Assembly: GCA_951406725.2 (NCBI GenBank)
Contig: OX597814.1
Coordinates: forward strand, 67,270,001 to 67,334,000
From: Octopus vulgaris
Lineage: Eukaryota
Length of the DNA: 64,000 nt
Direction of reading: 5' to 3'
Each line of letters begins with the position of its first letter. Position 1 is the stretch's first letter. Positions 24,319 through 37,268 of this stretch are shown piece after piece. Both the position numbers and the translations under genes were made by a program. The notes under the pieces were generated by a model. That model did not search any database. It was not told the DNA's origin and saw only the letters and a program-made list of their open reading frames with translations.

Positions 24319-25328
24319 GATTCTGTAAACTACGAAACAAATGGTACTCTGAAGGATCAAAGTCGGGAGAATAAGTTGCATGTGGAATTTTTCCCAACCA
24401 AGCTCTTCGATCTTCTGTGATATGATCTCTGCAGTGTGGGGTCGCATATTGTCCTGATGAAACATCACTCCTTTTCGATTCACTAAAGTGGGTCTTTTTT
24501 TCTTCAAAGCTTGGTTCAAACGCTCTAATTGCTGACAGTAGATTTGAGCATTGATTGTTGCATTAGGTGGTAGCAATTCAAAGTGAATTACTCCTTGCAA
24601 TCCCACCAGATAGAGAGAAGAACCTTTTCCCCATGACGTTCCCTTCTCGGTTGTGGTTGAGCTTTTCCCTTTAACCAAGCCACTGTTTACGACGTTTACT
24701 ATTTCGATAGAAGATCTATTTTTCGTCACCAGTCATAAGTCTATCCAAAATGGGTGAAATGAGTTCACGAGAATGGAGAGAAGAGCAGATGTCAACTCGG
24801 GATTTGCGGTTGCTTTCATACAATTCATGAGGCACCTATTTTCCAAGTTTAGGAACCTTTTCAAATTGTTGAAGATGTCGATGAGCAGTTGTATGGTTTG
24901 AACTAAGCTTTATTGCCAATTCTTCAACTGCAGGACTTTCTTCAAGTAATGCCTCAAGGAGCTTATCATCAAACTCAACTGGACGTCCTGTTCGATTTTC
25001 ATCTTCAAGGATGAAATCTCCACTTCTGAATTTTGCAAACCATCTTCTGCAAGTTCTTTCATTCACGCATTCTTTCCCATAAACTGAGTGTATGTTTCGA
25101 GTTGCTTCATCTGCAGAGTTTCCTTTTTTGTACTCATAAAGTATTAAGTGCCTCAAATGCTCTTTGGATACTTTTATTTTAATTCTATTATTCTGTAAAA
25201 TAATATTTAATAAGTTTAAATGTACACAAATGCATAAAAGTAATTTTAATTCCATTAGAATTCTAAAATACTATTAAATTTCATTCAGTTGTAAAAAAAG
25301 TAAAATCGGACAGAGCTTATGGGGTGAC

Positions 25329-25332
<4 letters not shown>
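24319..25332 (-). mobile_element. mariner (SETMAR/Mos1-like) transposon, degenerate and 3' truncated
   Basis: HTH region LRHLILYEYKKG..A.EATRNI..VYG..RWFAKFRSGDF..ED..R.GRP, then GVIHFELLP..TINAQIYCQQL, FHQDNMRPH. Terminal repeat abuts (TA)n. Confidence 0.9.
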
Positions 25333-25382
<50 letters not shown>

Positions 25383-25410
25383 GCACCCCATAAGCTCTGT
25401 CCGATTTTAC

Positions 25411-25465
<55 letters not shown>

Positions 25466-25499
25466 GTATGTATGTATATATATATAAGGTAAAGTAAAT

Positions 25500-26605
25500 G
25501 TCTGCATGGGGCATGCTTTGCCCCATGCAGACATCGAATGGGTAATAATTTTTGTTTACTGTGTACAAAGGAATTTATAGAGATTTTACTATTTAAAAAA
25601 CAACTGATTAATTACCAAGATGAGAGGAAAATATTTTGCGAGAAATATGTAAGCAGCCCACCCATGATGATTATATCACATTTCTAGAGAGCAGAAACAT
25701 GTGTGGTTGAAGTGTTATCAATAGTAGTCCTTCTGGGAAGACGAGTCTCCTCTTCAAGTCGACTTGCGTTTTCCAATCAGAGGTTGGATAGAAAATAGAC
25801 CGCAAGTTATGTACTGATTTGAACTAAGGTGTAGTCTTTCTTTAAGAACATGAAACTCTTGTGTGGTGGTTACTGTTTGTTAGATTTAACACATTTCACG
25901 CTTGTCCATTTGAAAATTTGTGAAAGCAGCTTGTCCTGTCACGTTACATAACGACCTCTCCCGCTTCCCCAGTGCAGGTGTTGCTCCACACTACTTGGTT
26001 GATGTGTCCAAAGTTGTTTTATTGCTGGTAAGAGGTTAGTATTTTCCCTGGTCAGTATTTCAGAGTTTCCTCTAAGACAGCGGGCGGCGTCCGAGTGCTT
26101 AGACCAACCGTATCTATTACCTCTTGTGAGCAAGTCCTACTCTCTGTATAGTTATACTTTTCCTCTCAATCACGGATCCCTTGCACCATGATGACTCTCT
26201 TGCCACTGGCATTGGTATATTTCCACCTCTTGGTACTGTAGTGTTCAAGATGCAGCCTTCCCCGTCAGACTACTCCCCAAATTTCCTGACATTGCCCATA
26301 TGATTCCGTTTTCTTTACAATTTCCTAGAAATTCCACATTCTACAACATTTTATAATCTTGCTGTCATACCCGACTTCCTCACCTTCACAGAGAATCAAT
26401 GTGTTGATTTCCTTAGCCTTCGTGGCCTTGAATTCTTTCAGCAATGAGGAAATTAGTTGGCGAAACTTAGATACCTTGAGCTTCAGATGGGCTGTCTCTC
26501 CATTGCCTCCACCCGGGTCATGCCAAATAGTATTTAAAAAATAGTCACTGCAGCCTGGCTATGATGCCATATTGGAAGCAACATACTTTGAACATTTCGA
26601 GTAGC
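25500..26605. repeat. Decayed retroelement-like block duplicated at 34730-35720 (partial copies at 30225, 48790, 49600)
   Basis: 26040-26520 is nearly identical to 35163-35640. Confidence 0.75.
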
Positions 26606-26924
26606 TAAATTTTATCAAGTACCCTCATATATAAATTTGCCCTTACTCTCTTCAAGAGTTTAGCGACTATGTCTCGGTGCATATTTAATGTGGGCACTAA
26701 GTAGAAGCACTCATTTATACCCTCAGTTTCATCGCTTTTCATTTCTATTAAAATTTGTTCTATGTTTTTCGACGGCATGTCTTTTGTTTTCATGCAGTCT
26801 GTCGCGGGTTCTAAAACTGAGCTATAGCTGACCAAACTTTATTGAAATATTGAAATTGCATTGAAAACTGTAAATGTTTTAAAATAAAATATTATTCAAA
26901 TGGTTTCCTCTATTCCATTTTTAG

Positions 26925-26999
26925 AATTCGAAGATATGATATCAGACGAGTTCGAGTCTGAGGCCGAAGAGACGGAGGATTTAAAGCTAGAGACACCAG
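26925..26999 (+). CDS. Acidic repeat exon 2 (75 nt): EFEDMISDEFESEAEETEDLKLETP
   Basis: ccatttttAG|AATTC ... CCAG|GTATGA. A one-codon deletion keeps the frame. Confidence 0.85.
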
Positions 27000-27379
27000 G
27001 TATGAATTATGCATGCATGTATACATACATATATGCATGCATGAATGCATGCATACATGCATTCATGTATACATACATATATACATACATACATACATAC
27101 ATACATACATACATACATACATACATACATACATACATACATACACATACACATATACAGACATGCATACATTCATACAAACATGCATGCATACATACTT
27201 ACATACATGCATGTAGGCATGTCACAATCTCTATAAGAGATAACCAAATCAATCCGTATGTCAGATACTTTGTATGATTGTGAAATTTGTCGCAAATATT
27301 CAAATAACAAAAAAAAAAATCTTTAAATATTTAGTATTAAAACTTCGAATAATAACTTTCCTCCATTTCAATTCTCTAG

Positions 27380-27457
27380 AATTCGAAGAGGATACGATAC
27401 CAGGGGAGTTAGAATCTGAGGCCGAGGAGACAGAGAATTCTGAATTGGAGACACTAG
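27380..27457 (+). CDS. Acidic repeat exon 3 (78 nt): EFEEDTIPGELESEAEETENSELETL
   Basis: ttctctAG|AATTC ... CTAG|GTATGA. Confidence 0.85.
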
Positions 27458-27564
27458 GTATGAATTGCGTTTGCATATTTACAGACACATATATGTACAT
27501 ATATGCATCCATACATACACACGCGCGCACTTATGTAGTGACACACACACAAACTCACACACAA

Positions 27565-28000
27565 ATTTTAAATTCTAAAGGCAAAAACCACTGGATACAA
27601 AAATTCTCGTTTATGGTAAAAGGTGTGAAAGCACTTTATCTGCTCTGTCCCCTATCGGACATCTAGACAATTTTCTAGATTTTTAGCCTTCTTCAGTCAG
27701 AGAAACCAAAGAGAGATAACCCTCTTTAGTAGTAGTAACGCTACTATATTTGTCCTACCGGACGGTCTGGGGACTTAAGTCAGTCACTGATATTAACCAT
27801 CCTAAGATATCCGATTATAAAGCCGTAGGTAATCTGCCATGGGTTATCTCTCTTCGGTATCTCCAAGTGAGGAAGAGAAAAGATCCAGAAACGCGTACAG
27901 GGGCAACACTGAACAGATAAGGTGTTTACAAACCTTTTACCTTGGGTGAGAATTTTTCTCCACAGTAAAATGCAATGATTTTGCCTTTAGAAGTTAAAAT
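27565..28000. mobile_element. Foldback (MITE-like) element with arms of about 160 bp; partial copies at 30826, 49292, 54215 and 60770
   Basis: TTTTAAATTCTAAAGGCAAAA at the left end and TTTTGCCTTTAGAAGTTAAAA at the right end, with internal arms also complementary. Confidence 0.7.
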
Positions 28001-28269
28001 ATATTACAAATATGTTGAACTAACCTAAAGTTTCACATTGCTCTAGATCACTCAGCTGTAGAAATGAGTTGTGACATCACTGGTGCCAAGCTGTATCGGC
28101 CTTTGCCTTTCCCATGGAAACGGTGGCATGGAGAGGGGAGACTGGAATGCATGGGCGACTGCTGGTCTTCCATAAACAATCTTGCCCGGGCTTGTGCCTT
28201 GGAGGGTAACTTTCTAGGTGCATCCCATAGTCATTCATGACTGACGGGGTTCTTTACACTTTATATATA

Positions 28270-28428
28270 TATACACGTTTGAGAGGGAAACCACTATGTG
28301 GACACCCTTATGCTTGAAATAGATCTGCTATGGCCTTACCACTAAAAAAATTCTTAGTGGTAAGACCATAGCAGATCTATTTCTAGCATAAAGGTGTCCA
28401 CATAGTGGTTTCCCTCTCATACGTGTAT
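28270..28428. repeat. Hairpin element with arms of about 75 bp
   Basis: TATACACGT..GAGAGGGAAACCACTATGTGGACACC...GGTGTCCACATAGTGGTTTCCCTCTC..ACGTGTATA. Confidence 0.9.
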
Positions 28429-28695
28429 AATACAATTTTTCTGAACCTTCAGTTTTTTAATATGCTAGACCACTGGTGTGAAATCGATGTTAATTAAATT
28501 AGTATCTAATTTCTCACCCTCATTTATATAGTCCTGTAATTGCCAGCAGTAAGAGTCATATTTGGAATGGGTATTAAACAAGGAGCACCATCTCTCCAAT
28601 GCTTTACACATGATATCAAGAAATGGTCATCGGCTGGACAGGCTTGACACGCACGCGCGCTCGTGTACACATGCGCACGCACGCACGCACACACA

Positions 28696-28760
<65 letters not shown>

Positions 28761-28934
28761 CACACAAATATATATAAATATTTGAAAGCATACGTTTCTG
28801 GGTAAGTATTTATGCATAAATATGTGTTATGGTTGATTATATTAGCTGTATGTGTTTTCTTTATTTTTAAATCGTGTTTTTACAACTGAAAAGAATCTGG
28901 CGGTCATCACAAATTGCAATACTTGAATTCGGAT

Positions 28935-29630
28935 TAGTTAGTTAGTTAGTTAATTAATTTTTGGGCTCAAAAAGCAAAAAGCAAGACCATGTAGGGTTAC
29001 ATGGAGTTATGTACAGGGTGGTGTTCAAGTAAAGAGTTCAGGCCACTTGTGGTCAATGGAGACTTTGAACCGAGCGGTCGTCGACATCTTCACCATCTCG
29101 TCCGGCAGCTTATTTCACAGATCCGCAACCCGGACGGAGAAAGCCCCTCTCCTTCGATTGAGATGAAATCGTCGCAGATAGAGCTTTTCGGAATGACCCC
29201 GCAGCCGACGCTCTGGAGCAGGAGTGAAGAACAGCTCTTTCGAGAGGTTACACTTTCCGCTTATGATGTTGTGAGCAAGAATGAGATCACCACGGCGTCG
29301 TCGTTTTTCTAGAGAATAAAGGTCGAGCGTCTTCAGCCTTTCTTCATAAGACAAATTCTTGAGACCAAGAACCATGCGGGTAGCCAGCTTCTGGACTCTT
29401 TCGAGATGCTGTATGTCTTTGAGGAGATAAGGAGAAGAGGCTTGAATCCCGTACTCCAATATGGGTCTCACCAGCGTGACATAGAGCGGTAGGAATATGG
29501 CTGCTGTGAGCATTCCGAATGACTGTCGAATCAAGAACAGAACTCCGCGTGCTTTGTTGGCAGCATGGACGCACTGGGCCGAAGGCGAAAAGGAGGAATC
29601 CACCAAGATACCCAGGTCCTTTACCTGATC
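28935..29630 (-). mobile_element. CR1-clade LINE 3' end with (AACT)n tail
   Basis: LYVTLVRPILEYG...KDIQHLERVQKLATRMV.GL..LSYEERLKTLDLYSLEKRRRRGDLI. Confidence 0.9.
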
Positions 29631-29980
29631 GCACTGGACTCTTTACTATTCTACAGGTCTGCTTACAACTTGTATTAGTAAGATATATGTTATGTGGTCG
29701 CTTTGTCTGCAGGAAAAATCCAAGAGATTCAAATCGTCAGTATTCAATAAGATAACCAAGCGTTGAAATAATTATTAAAAAACGTGGAGATTTTATGGTG
29801 TAGAAAAGCTTCTGATTTCGAAGTAAATCTCATATTTTCCCGTGCAGTAGCGATTTTAAAATCTCTATGTCAAATACTTTGTAAGTTTGTTCTTTTGCGT
29901 CAAAAATATTCAAATGGCATAAAATATTTAAATGTTTAATGCTAAGACTTTATATCAAAGTCTTCTTTCCACTTCTCTAG

Positions 29981-30058
29981 AATTCGAGGAGGATATGATA
30001 CCAGAGGAGTTAGAGTCTGAGACCGAGGACTCGGGGGATTTAGAGCTGAAAACACCAA
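29981..30058 (+). CDS. Acidic repeat exon 4 (78 nt): EFEEDMIPEELESETEDSGDLELKTP
   Basis: cttctctAG|AATTC ... CCAA|GTATGA (weaker donor). Confidence 0.8.
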
Positions 30059-30539
30059 GTATGAATTATATATACATACATACGCACTTTTATACTGCAT
30101 ATATGCATGTAGGCGCACAGACACGCACGTGCATACATGTGTATGTTGAGTGTATGTAGGTATATAAATATACATACATACATACATACATACATACATA
30201 CACACACAAACACTAAAACCACTACTTGTTAGCTTTAACACTTTTCAAGTCTGTCCATTTGGAAATTTCTGTAAGTAGCTTGTCGTACCACATCACTTAT
30301 CAACTTCTGCCCCCTGCCCCAGTGCAAAGAGTTGCTGCACACTTCTTGCAGGATGGCTCTTCCATTAAGCTGTATGGTTTAAGGTTGCATCATGCTACCA
30401 AATGTTTAGCGAAGGCTGAAACCTGGAAGGATAAGTTCCCATGATTAGTGTTGATCACCGAAATTACCAGCTCTGTGCCAAAAGTTGAAACCAATATTAA
30501 AATTACATATAAAAGGTTTCCTCCTTTCCATTTCTCTAG

Positions 30540-30617
30540 AATTTGAAGAAGATACGATACCAGAGGAGTTAGAGTTTGAGACCGATGAGATGGAAGATTT
30601 AGAACTGGAGACACCAG
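30540..30617 (+). CDS. Acidic repeat exon 5 (78 nt): xFEEDTIPEELEFETDEMEDLELETP
   Basis: tttctctAG|AATTT ... CCAG|GTATGA. Confidence 0.85.
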
Positions 30618-30745
30618 GTATGAATTACATATACATATATACAGACACATATATGCATGGACACATGCATACACACGTTCGCACTCACATACTCACTCAC
30701 ACACACACACACACGCGCGCGCACACACACACACACGCGCGCGCG

Positions 30746-30828
<83 letters not shown>

Positions 30829-31364
30829 TAACTTCTAAAGGGAAAAACCACTGCATTTTACTGTAGAGAAAAAAGAAATGTTCGCCTCCGGTAAAAGGTG
30901 TGAAAATATGTATTCTGTTCTGTCCTCTATCGAACTCCAAGGCGCTTTTCTGAAACTTTAGCCTTCTTCAGTGAGAGATACCAAAGAGAGATAAACTTAG
31001 GCAGTTCATAAAGCCTTAGTAGTAGTAGTAACTCTATTGTTCTGACCAGACGTCGGGGAGCAAAAGTCAGTCACTGATATTATCTAATCTAAGATATACG
31101 ATTATAAAGTCGTAACTACGGCTTAATAATCAGTAATTGGTTATCTCTCTTTAGCATCTCCTACTGGGAAAGGATAAGGATCCAGAAACAAGTCTATAAT
31201 CCAATAGGTAACAACATGTTACAAATATATTTGATCTAAACTAAAGCTTGTTTACCTTGCAATGCTGCTAATGGTTGCTATAATTATATATACGTGTACA
31301 TTTATATACATAAATACACACTTACATGTATACGAACATAAATGCACATATATATATGTGTGTG

Positions 31365-31430
<66 letters not shown>

Positions 31431-31627
31431 GATACACAGACGCGCGCACACACACACGCACACACATACAAACATACAGACAAATGTATATATAAATATT
31501 TAAAACACTGAATGCATGTTATCTGGAAAATATTTATGCATACAAATGGAAATGGTTTTTGTTTTGCTTCACAGATATTAAAAATGCATAAAAAACTTTA
31601 AATGAGTCCTCGTTTTCATTCCTCTAG

Positions 31628-31690
31628 AATTAGAAGAGGACATAGAACCTGAGACCGAGGAGATGGAAAATTTAGAGTTGGAGACACCAG
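31628..31690 (+). CDS. Acidic repeat exon 6 (63 nt): ELEEDIEPETEEMENLELETP
   Basis: ttcctctAG|AATTA ... CCAG|GTATGA. In-frame 15-nt shortening. Confidence 0.85.
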
Positions 31691-32191
31691 GTATGAATTA
31701 CATATACATATATACAGATACATATATACATGAAAGCATACATACACATAAGCACTCACGCCTACTCACACATGCACGCAAGCATACACGGAGACACCAG
31801 GTATGAATTACATATACATATATACAGATACATATATACATGAAAGCATACATACACATAAGCACTCACGCCTACTCACGGAGACACCAGGTATGAATTA
31901 TATATATAAGTATACAGAAACATATATCTACTTGTAAAGCATGTTACAAGACCTCTTTGTATACAGGAAAACCCTAGATTTTCATGAACGTTAATGAAAT
32001 ATTTACTTATAACCAAGAGTTGCAATATCTATTTGTAAATATCTGAAGAGTAAATCACGAAACACCTGTTCATGAATATTCTGATATCTACCAGTTTTTG
32101 TATTGTCTCAAATATTCAAAAAGCATTAAAAATTGTAAATATCTAATATTAAAATTTTATATAAAATGTTTCTTTATTTCCATTCCTCTAG

Positions 32192-32254
32192 AATTGGAAG
32201 AGGACTTAGAGTTTGAAACCGAGGAGACGGAGAATTTAGAGCTGGAGACACCAG
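32192..32254 (+). CDS. Acidic repeat exon 7 (63 nt): ELEEDLEFETEETENLELETP
   Basis: ttcctctAG|AATTG ... CCAG|GTATGA. Confidence 0.85.
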
Positions 32255-33021
32255 GTATGAATTATATATATATATATATGGATCAAAACTGCTTGATTCT
32301 TATTCGTTGGTGCTCTTGAGTTTCAAGAGTGATGCTAGTCGTCAGCCATTTTGAATTTGAATTTGAAGTTGATTGTTATTACCGTAAGGTGGGCTGCGAT
32401 CGTTCGATGAAGGTCACACGGTGGCGTATGGGTTAGTCGGAAAATACTGGTCGGTGAACAGGAAATAGACCACGTCTATTTAGGAAATCGGTCAGGTTGT
32501 TAGTGATGAAGTAGGAAGGGGTGGCATGTGCAAATATATAGTTCTGTATGTGGGCGTATAGATGCGCTCATATGGTTTTGCGTGCATGTGTGTATTGATA
32601 CAAGCGTGCGCATCTGTACATGGGCGCGCACGTGCACGTCTGCACACACACGCGCGCACGCTTGGACGAATACACCCGCGCACACACACGCATACACGCA
32701 CTTACACACACACGCATACACCTACACACATATGCGTATTCATTCATATGTACATATGTATATTCGCATGCATACCAGTGTGCGCATGCATACGTGAATT
32801 CCCGCGCGCGCGTGAGTATACACGCGCAAAACAAGCGTTGGGGATTGGTAAGCGTTGGGAATTGGTGGTTCTGCCCATGGAGTTGGTTGGTAGCGGTATA
32901 TATATATACGGTTTCGTCGGTGCGCCGTGGGCGCCGTCGGCTAAGCGCGTTCGACGTCGGGGTGTCGCGCGCGTTTGCGACGATGAAAAACCGCCACTGA
33001 AAAAAAAAAAAAAAAAAAAAA

Positions 33022-33253
33022 AAGGCGGCGAGCTTGCAGAATCGTTAGCACGCCGGGCGAAATGCGTAGCCGTATTTCGTCTGCCGTTACGTTCTGAGTT
33101 CAAATTCCGCCGAGGTCGACTTTGCCTTTCATCCTTTCGGGGTCGATTAAATAAGTACCAGTTACGCACTGGGGTCGATGTAATCGACTTAATCCGTGTG
33201 TCTGTCCTTGTTTGTCCCCTCTGTGTTTAACCCCTTGTGGGTAGTAAAGAAAT

Positions 33254-33255
<2 letters not shown>
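33022..33255 (+). mobile_element. tRNA-derived SINE, apparently full length, with a Deu/Nin-like central domain
   Basis: A-box-like head GGCGGCGAGCTTGCAGAATCGTTAG, B-box GAGTTCAAATTCC, central GTCGACTTTGCCTTTCATCCTTTCGGGGTCGA..AATAAGTACCAG. Confidence 0.8.
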
Positions 33256-33327
<72 letters not shown>

Positions 33328-33556
33328 GTATGCATGTATAATTGTCACAAAATTTGACTGGGTGTTAGAACACCTATATTATTAGAAATAAGTGCTAAAC
33401 AGCTCTAATGCTATAGTATAAGCAGATAATTGTATACATATGTACTGAATACAATTATGTGCTTTAACTACAGCATTAGAGCATTTCAGCTCTTATTTCT
33501 AGCAATGTAGGTGTTCTAACACCCTGTCAAATTTAGTGACAATTATACATGCATGC
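33328..33556. repeat. Foldback/MITE-like hairpin with arms of about 105 bp
   Basis: TGCATGTATAATTGTCAC..GGGTGTTAGAACACCTA is mirrored by TAGGTGTTCTAACACCC..GTGACAATTATACATGCA. Confidence 0.85.
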
Positions 33557-34106
33557 AAGATGATGAATGGACACAAAGCTACTGGAAAAGATGGCATAAT
33601 AACAAGGATGTTAATGTGCAGAGAGTAAGAGCAGACTGAACAGCTCGTTCTGCACTTCAATTGCTGTGTGAAAGAGGGTAAAATACCTTCGCGGTGAAAA
33701 GCATCGAACACCATCTTTCTTCTATGAATTTCACTTTCAGTAAAGTCTTTATTATTTTATTGATCTGCTTTCGGTTTGCATTTGTAAGGTGTATATTACT
33801 TGATCACTTTGTGATAAAATCTTGAAACTTAACACCACAAATGAAGTATTCACTAATTCAACAAAGTGTTGCAATAAATATTTGTAAATATAAGGCGATT
33901 TTATCTGGTTAAAAGGCAGAAGATTTCAAAGTACTTGTTCATAAATGTTCTCATATTTTCACGGGTAGAGGAGATTTGTAAATTCATATGCGAAATGCTT
34001 TCTATGATTGAGAATGATTTTTGTATTTAGTCATAAATACTAAAATAGCATAGAAAACAGTAAATATCACAATATATGAAGTGTTTCAACTTTTCCATTT
34101 CTCTAG

Positions 34107-34183
34107 AATTCGAGGAGGATACGACATCAGAAGAGTTTGAATCTGAGGCTGACGAGAAAAAAACTTAGAACTGGAGACGCCAG
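34107..34183 (+). pseudogene. Acidic repeat exon 8 (77 nt, frameshifted): EFEEDTTSEEFESEADEKKT*
   Basis: Splice sites intact. The A7 run is one base short, which puts TAG in frame. Confidence 0.7.
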
Positions 34184-34399
34184 GTATGAATTACACATAC
34201 ATGCACACTTATACAACTACATATATGCATGCACGCAGACACACACACATACACACTCGTACACACATAAATCTGTATGTTAGGTGTTTTGTATGATTGT
34301 GAATGTATGCTGTATACAGTCTCAAATAGGATAAAAAAAACTTTAAATATTCAATATTAAAATTTTATGTAAAAGTTTTCCGCCTTTCCATTTCTCTAG

Positions 34400-34477
34400 A
34401 ATTCGAGGAGGATATGATACCAGAGGAGCTAGAGCCTGAGACCGAAGACTCGGAGGATGTAGAACTGGAGACAGCAG
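34400..34477 (+). CDS. Acidic repeat exon 9 (78 nt): EFEEDMIPEELEPETEDSEDVELETA
   Basis: tttctctAG|AATTC ... GCAG|GTATGA. Confidence 0.85.
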
Positions 34478-35790
34478 GTATGAATTATACACACACGCGC
34501 ACACATATCCACGCACATTCACAGATGCAAACGCACACATATACATGCACACACGCACACATATATGATACAAGGTGAGGTAGAATGTAGAATTTAGAGC
34601 TGGAGACGATGGGTCTAAATAACATATACATACGTACACACGTATATGCACACGTGCGCGCGTATACACGCATATACGTTGTGTGTATGTATGTAGGTTA
34701 CAAGTACATATTTATATATATAAGTGAAATAAAAATGGGAGATGCTTTGCCCCGTGCAAAGTTTCTTGGGGAGAAATATGTTGTCCACCCTGAGTGCTGT
34801 AAGCTCAACCATGGTGAACGTATCGCATTCTTAAAGAGCAGAAACATGTGTAGTCGGAGTGTTGTTAATACTAAACCATTTGGGAAGATCAACCTCCCTT
34901 TCAAGTCAACTTTCATCTCCCAGTCTGAGGTTGGATGGAAAATAGACTGCAGGTCATCTATTGATTTTAACTTAGGTTTCGTCATTCTTCCAGAACATGA
35001 AACTCTTGTGTGGTGGCTGCTTTAACACATTTCACGTCTGTCCATTTGAAAATTTGTGAAAGCAGCTTGTCCTGTCACATCACGTAACCACCTCTCTCAC
35101 TTCCCCAGTGCAAGTGTTTATTGTTGGTAAGAGGTTAGTAAAGTTACACGGGTGGAAGGAGAATTTTCCCTGGTCAGTATTCCAGAGTTTCCTCTAAGAC
35201 AGCGGGCGGCGTCCGAGTGCTTAGACCAACCGTATCTATTACCTCTTGTGAGCAAGTCCTACTCTCTGTATACAGTTATACTTTTCCTCTCAATCACGGA
35301 TCCCTTGCACCATGATGACTCTCTTGCCACTGGCATTGGTATATTTCCACCTCTTGGTACTGTAGTGTTCAAGATGCAGCCTTCCCCGCCAGACTACTCC
35401 CCAAATTTCCTGACATTGCCCATATGATTCCGTTTTCTTTACAATTTCCTAGAAATTCCACATTCTACAACATTTTATAATCTTGCTGTCATACCCGACT
35501 TCCTCACCTTCACAGAGAATCAATGTGTTGATTTCCTTAGCCTTCGTGGCCTTGAATTCTTTCAGCAATGAGGAAATTAGTTGGCAAAGCTTAGATATCT
35601 TGAGCTTCAGATGGACTGTGCCTCATTGCCCCCACCCGGGTCATGCCAGATAGTATTTCAAAAATGGCCACTGCAGTCTGGCTATGATGCCATATGAGAA
35701 GCAACATTTCGAGTAGCTAAATATTATAAATTGCATTTAGCCTAGTCTAGTTGGCTGCTGGCATATTCAGCATATGTGTATGTATATATA

Positions 35791-35833
<43 letters not shown>

Positions 35834-35942
35834 ATCACGTGACCGACCAGGCTATCAGATGTTGCTACACATCGCTGGTCACAATGCGCTTCGCATTGTT
35901 TTAGCCTTCAAACGACGCCTCCCCGCTGGCTAAGCGAGCAGG

Positions 35943-35981
<39 letters not shown>

Positions 35982-35984
<3 letters not shown>

Positions 35985-37192
35985 AGATAAATAAAAATAT
36001 ATGCATACATACAAACATATATGTACGTACCTACATCTACATGTATATATACATGCACATATAAATAATTATACAGGAGTACAGGACATCACAAAAAGAC
36101 GTAGAAACGGAAAAAGCCAAAAAACAAAAAACAAGAAAACGGAAAACGAAAAACATGAAAACGAAAAACAAATACAGGACGAGCTACACAAGGACAAAAC
36201 CCCCGTCATCAGCTGTCGCTAGAGGAGTCAGGCATGTTTCGAAGGCATAACAGAACACTAATCCAATAGGCCTTCCTGCGAGAGAATTAAAATAAAATTC
36301 TAAGCAGCGGGGCAAAATAAGTACGAACACAAACAAGACGTAACAATAAGACTGCAAAATTAAAATACAGGTACAAAAACAAACACAAGAGGACGAACGA
36401 AAAAGCCTTTTTTCTGGCATAGACAAACGATAAAACTGCAAAAATGAAAAAAAAAACATGTACAAAAAGTACAATTAGTTACAAAACGAGAAAATAACAA
36501 GAATACTATACAGGAAATCAACCACACAAGGGGACGAACGAAGAGGCCTTTTGCTGGCAAGGACGAAAGTGTAGTAGCAGCGCGTGGAGGCAGTCTTTTC
36601 AAAAGTGGGAACCACGTGTTAAGGAATTTTGTTTTATAGGCAAGGAAGAGGGAAGGAGGAGGGGGACACGCGGCGAAGAGAGAGGAGGAGTGGGAGGGAG
36701 AAAGATTGAAGAGGTTAAAGCAAAGGGAGAGAGTACCGCATCTTCAATATAATAATATAAATATAAAAAAAGGGAACCAAGAAGTGGATCGAAACGACGA
36801 ATCGGAACGAACCTGATGCGGGGCGCTGTCAGACAATAAGGAGATAAATAAAAATATATGCATACATACAAACATATATGTACGTACCTACATCTACATG
36901 TATATATACATGCACATATAAATAATTATACGGGAGTACAGATGCAAAAGTGTTGTAAGTCCAAAACGTTGCCTTTTCAGAAAACGAAATCATAATTTCA
37001 CCATTCCATACCAAAACCGTTCGTTGTACTACACTTTGACAATATTTGATATCTTGGCATCTGAAGCAGTTAGAGATATGATAGTTTGAGCAAAAGAACC
37101 GGCTATTGCAAGCAAAAAATAAATATTGAAAAAATAGACTGCATTTGGCCAAATTTGGACATACGACACTTTAAAATAATAGCAACGATATA

Positions 37193-37200
<8 letters not shown>
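35982..37200 (-). mobile_element. Penelope-like 3' end with a ~100-bp direct repeat (35982-36083 and 36840-36941)
   Basis: The direct repeat is seen directly. 36950-37190 on the minus strand resembles a GIY-YIG C-terminal remnant. Confidence 0.5.

Positions 37201-37268
<68 letters not shown>

Larger units (their letters stand above)
33556..34533 (+). repeat. Near-identical segmental duplicate of 52575-53552 (constant offset 19019)
   Basis: Matches by eye over about 980 bp, including two exons, with very few substitutions. Confidence 0.9.

Noticed and set aside
34581-34615. Possible twentieth repeat exon (AGAATTTAGAGCTGGAGACG)
   Set aside because: Only the 3' third of the module is present, with no pyrimidine tract and no GTATGA donor. 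It is a remnant.
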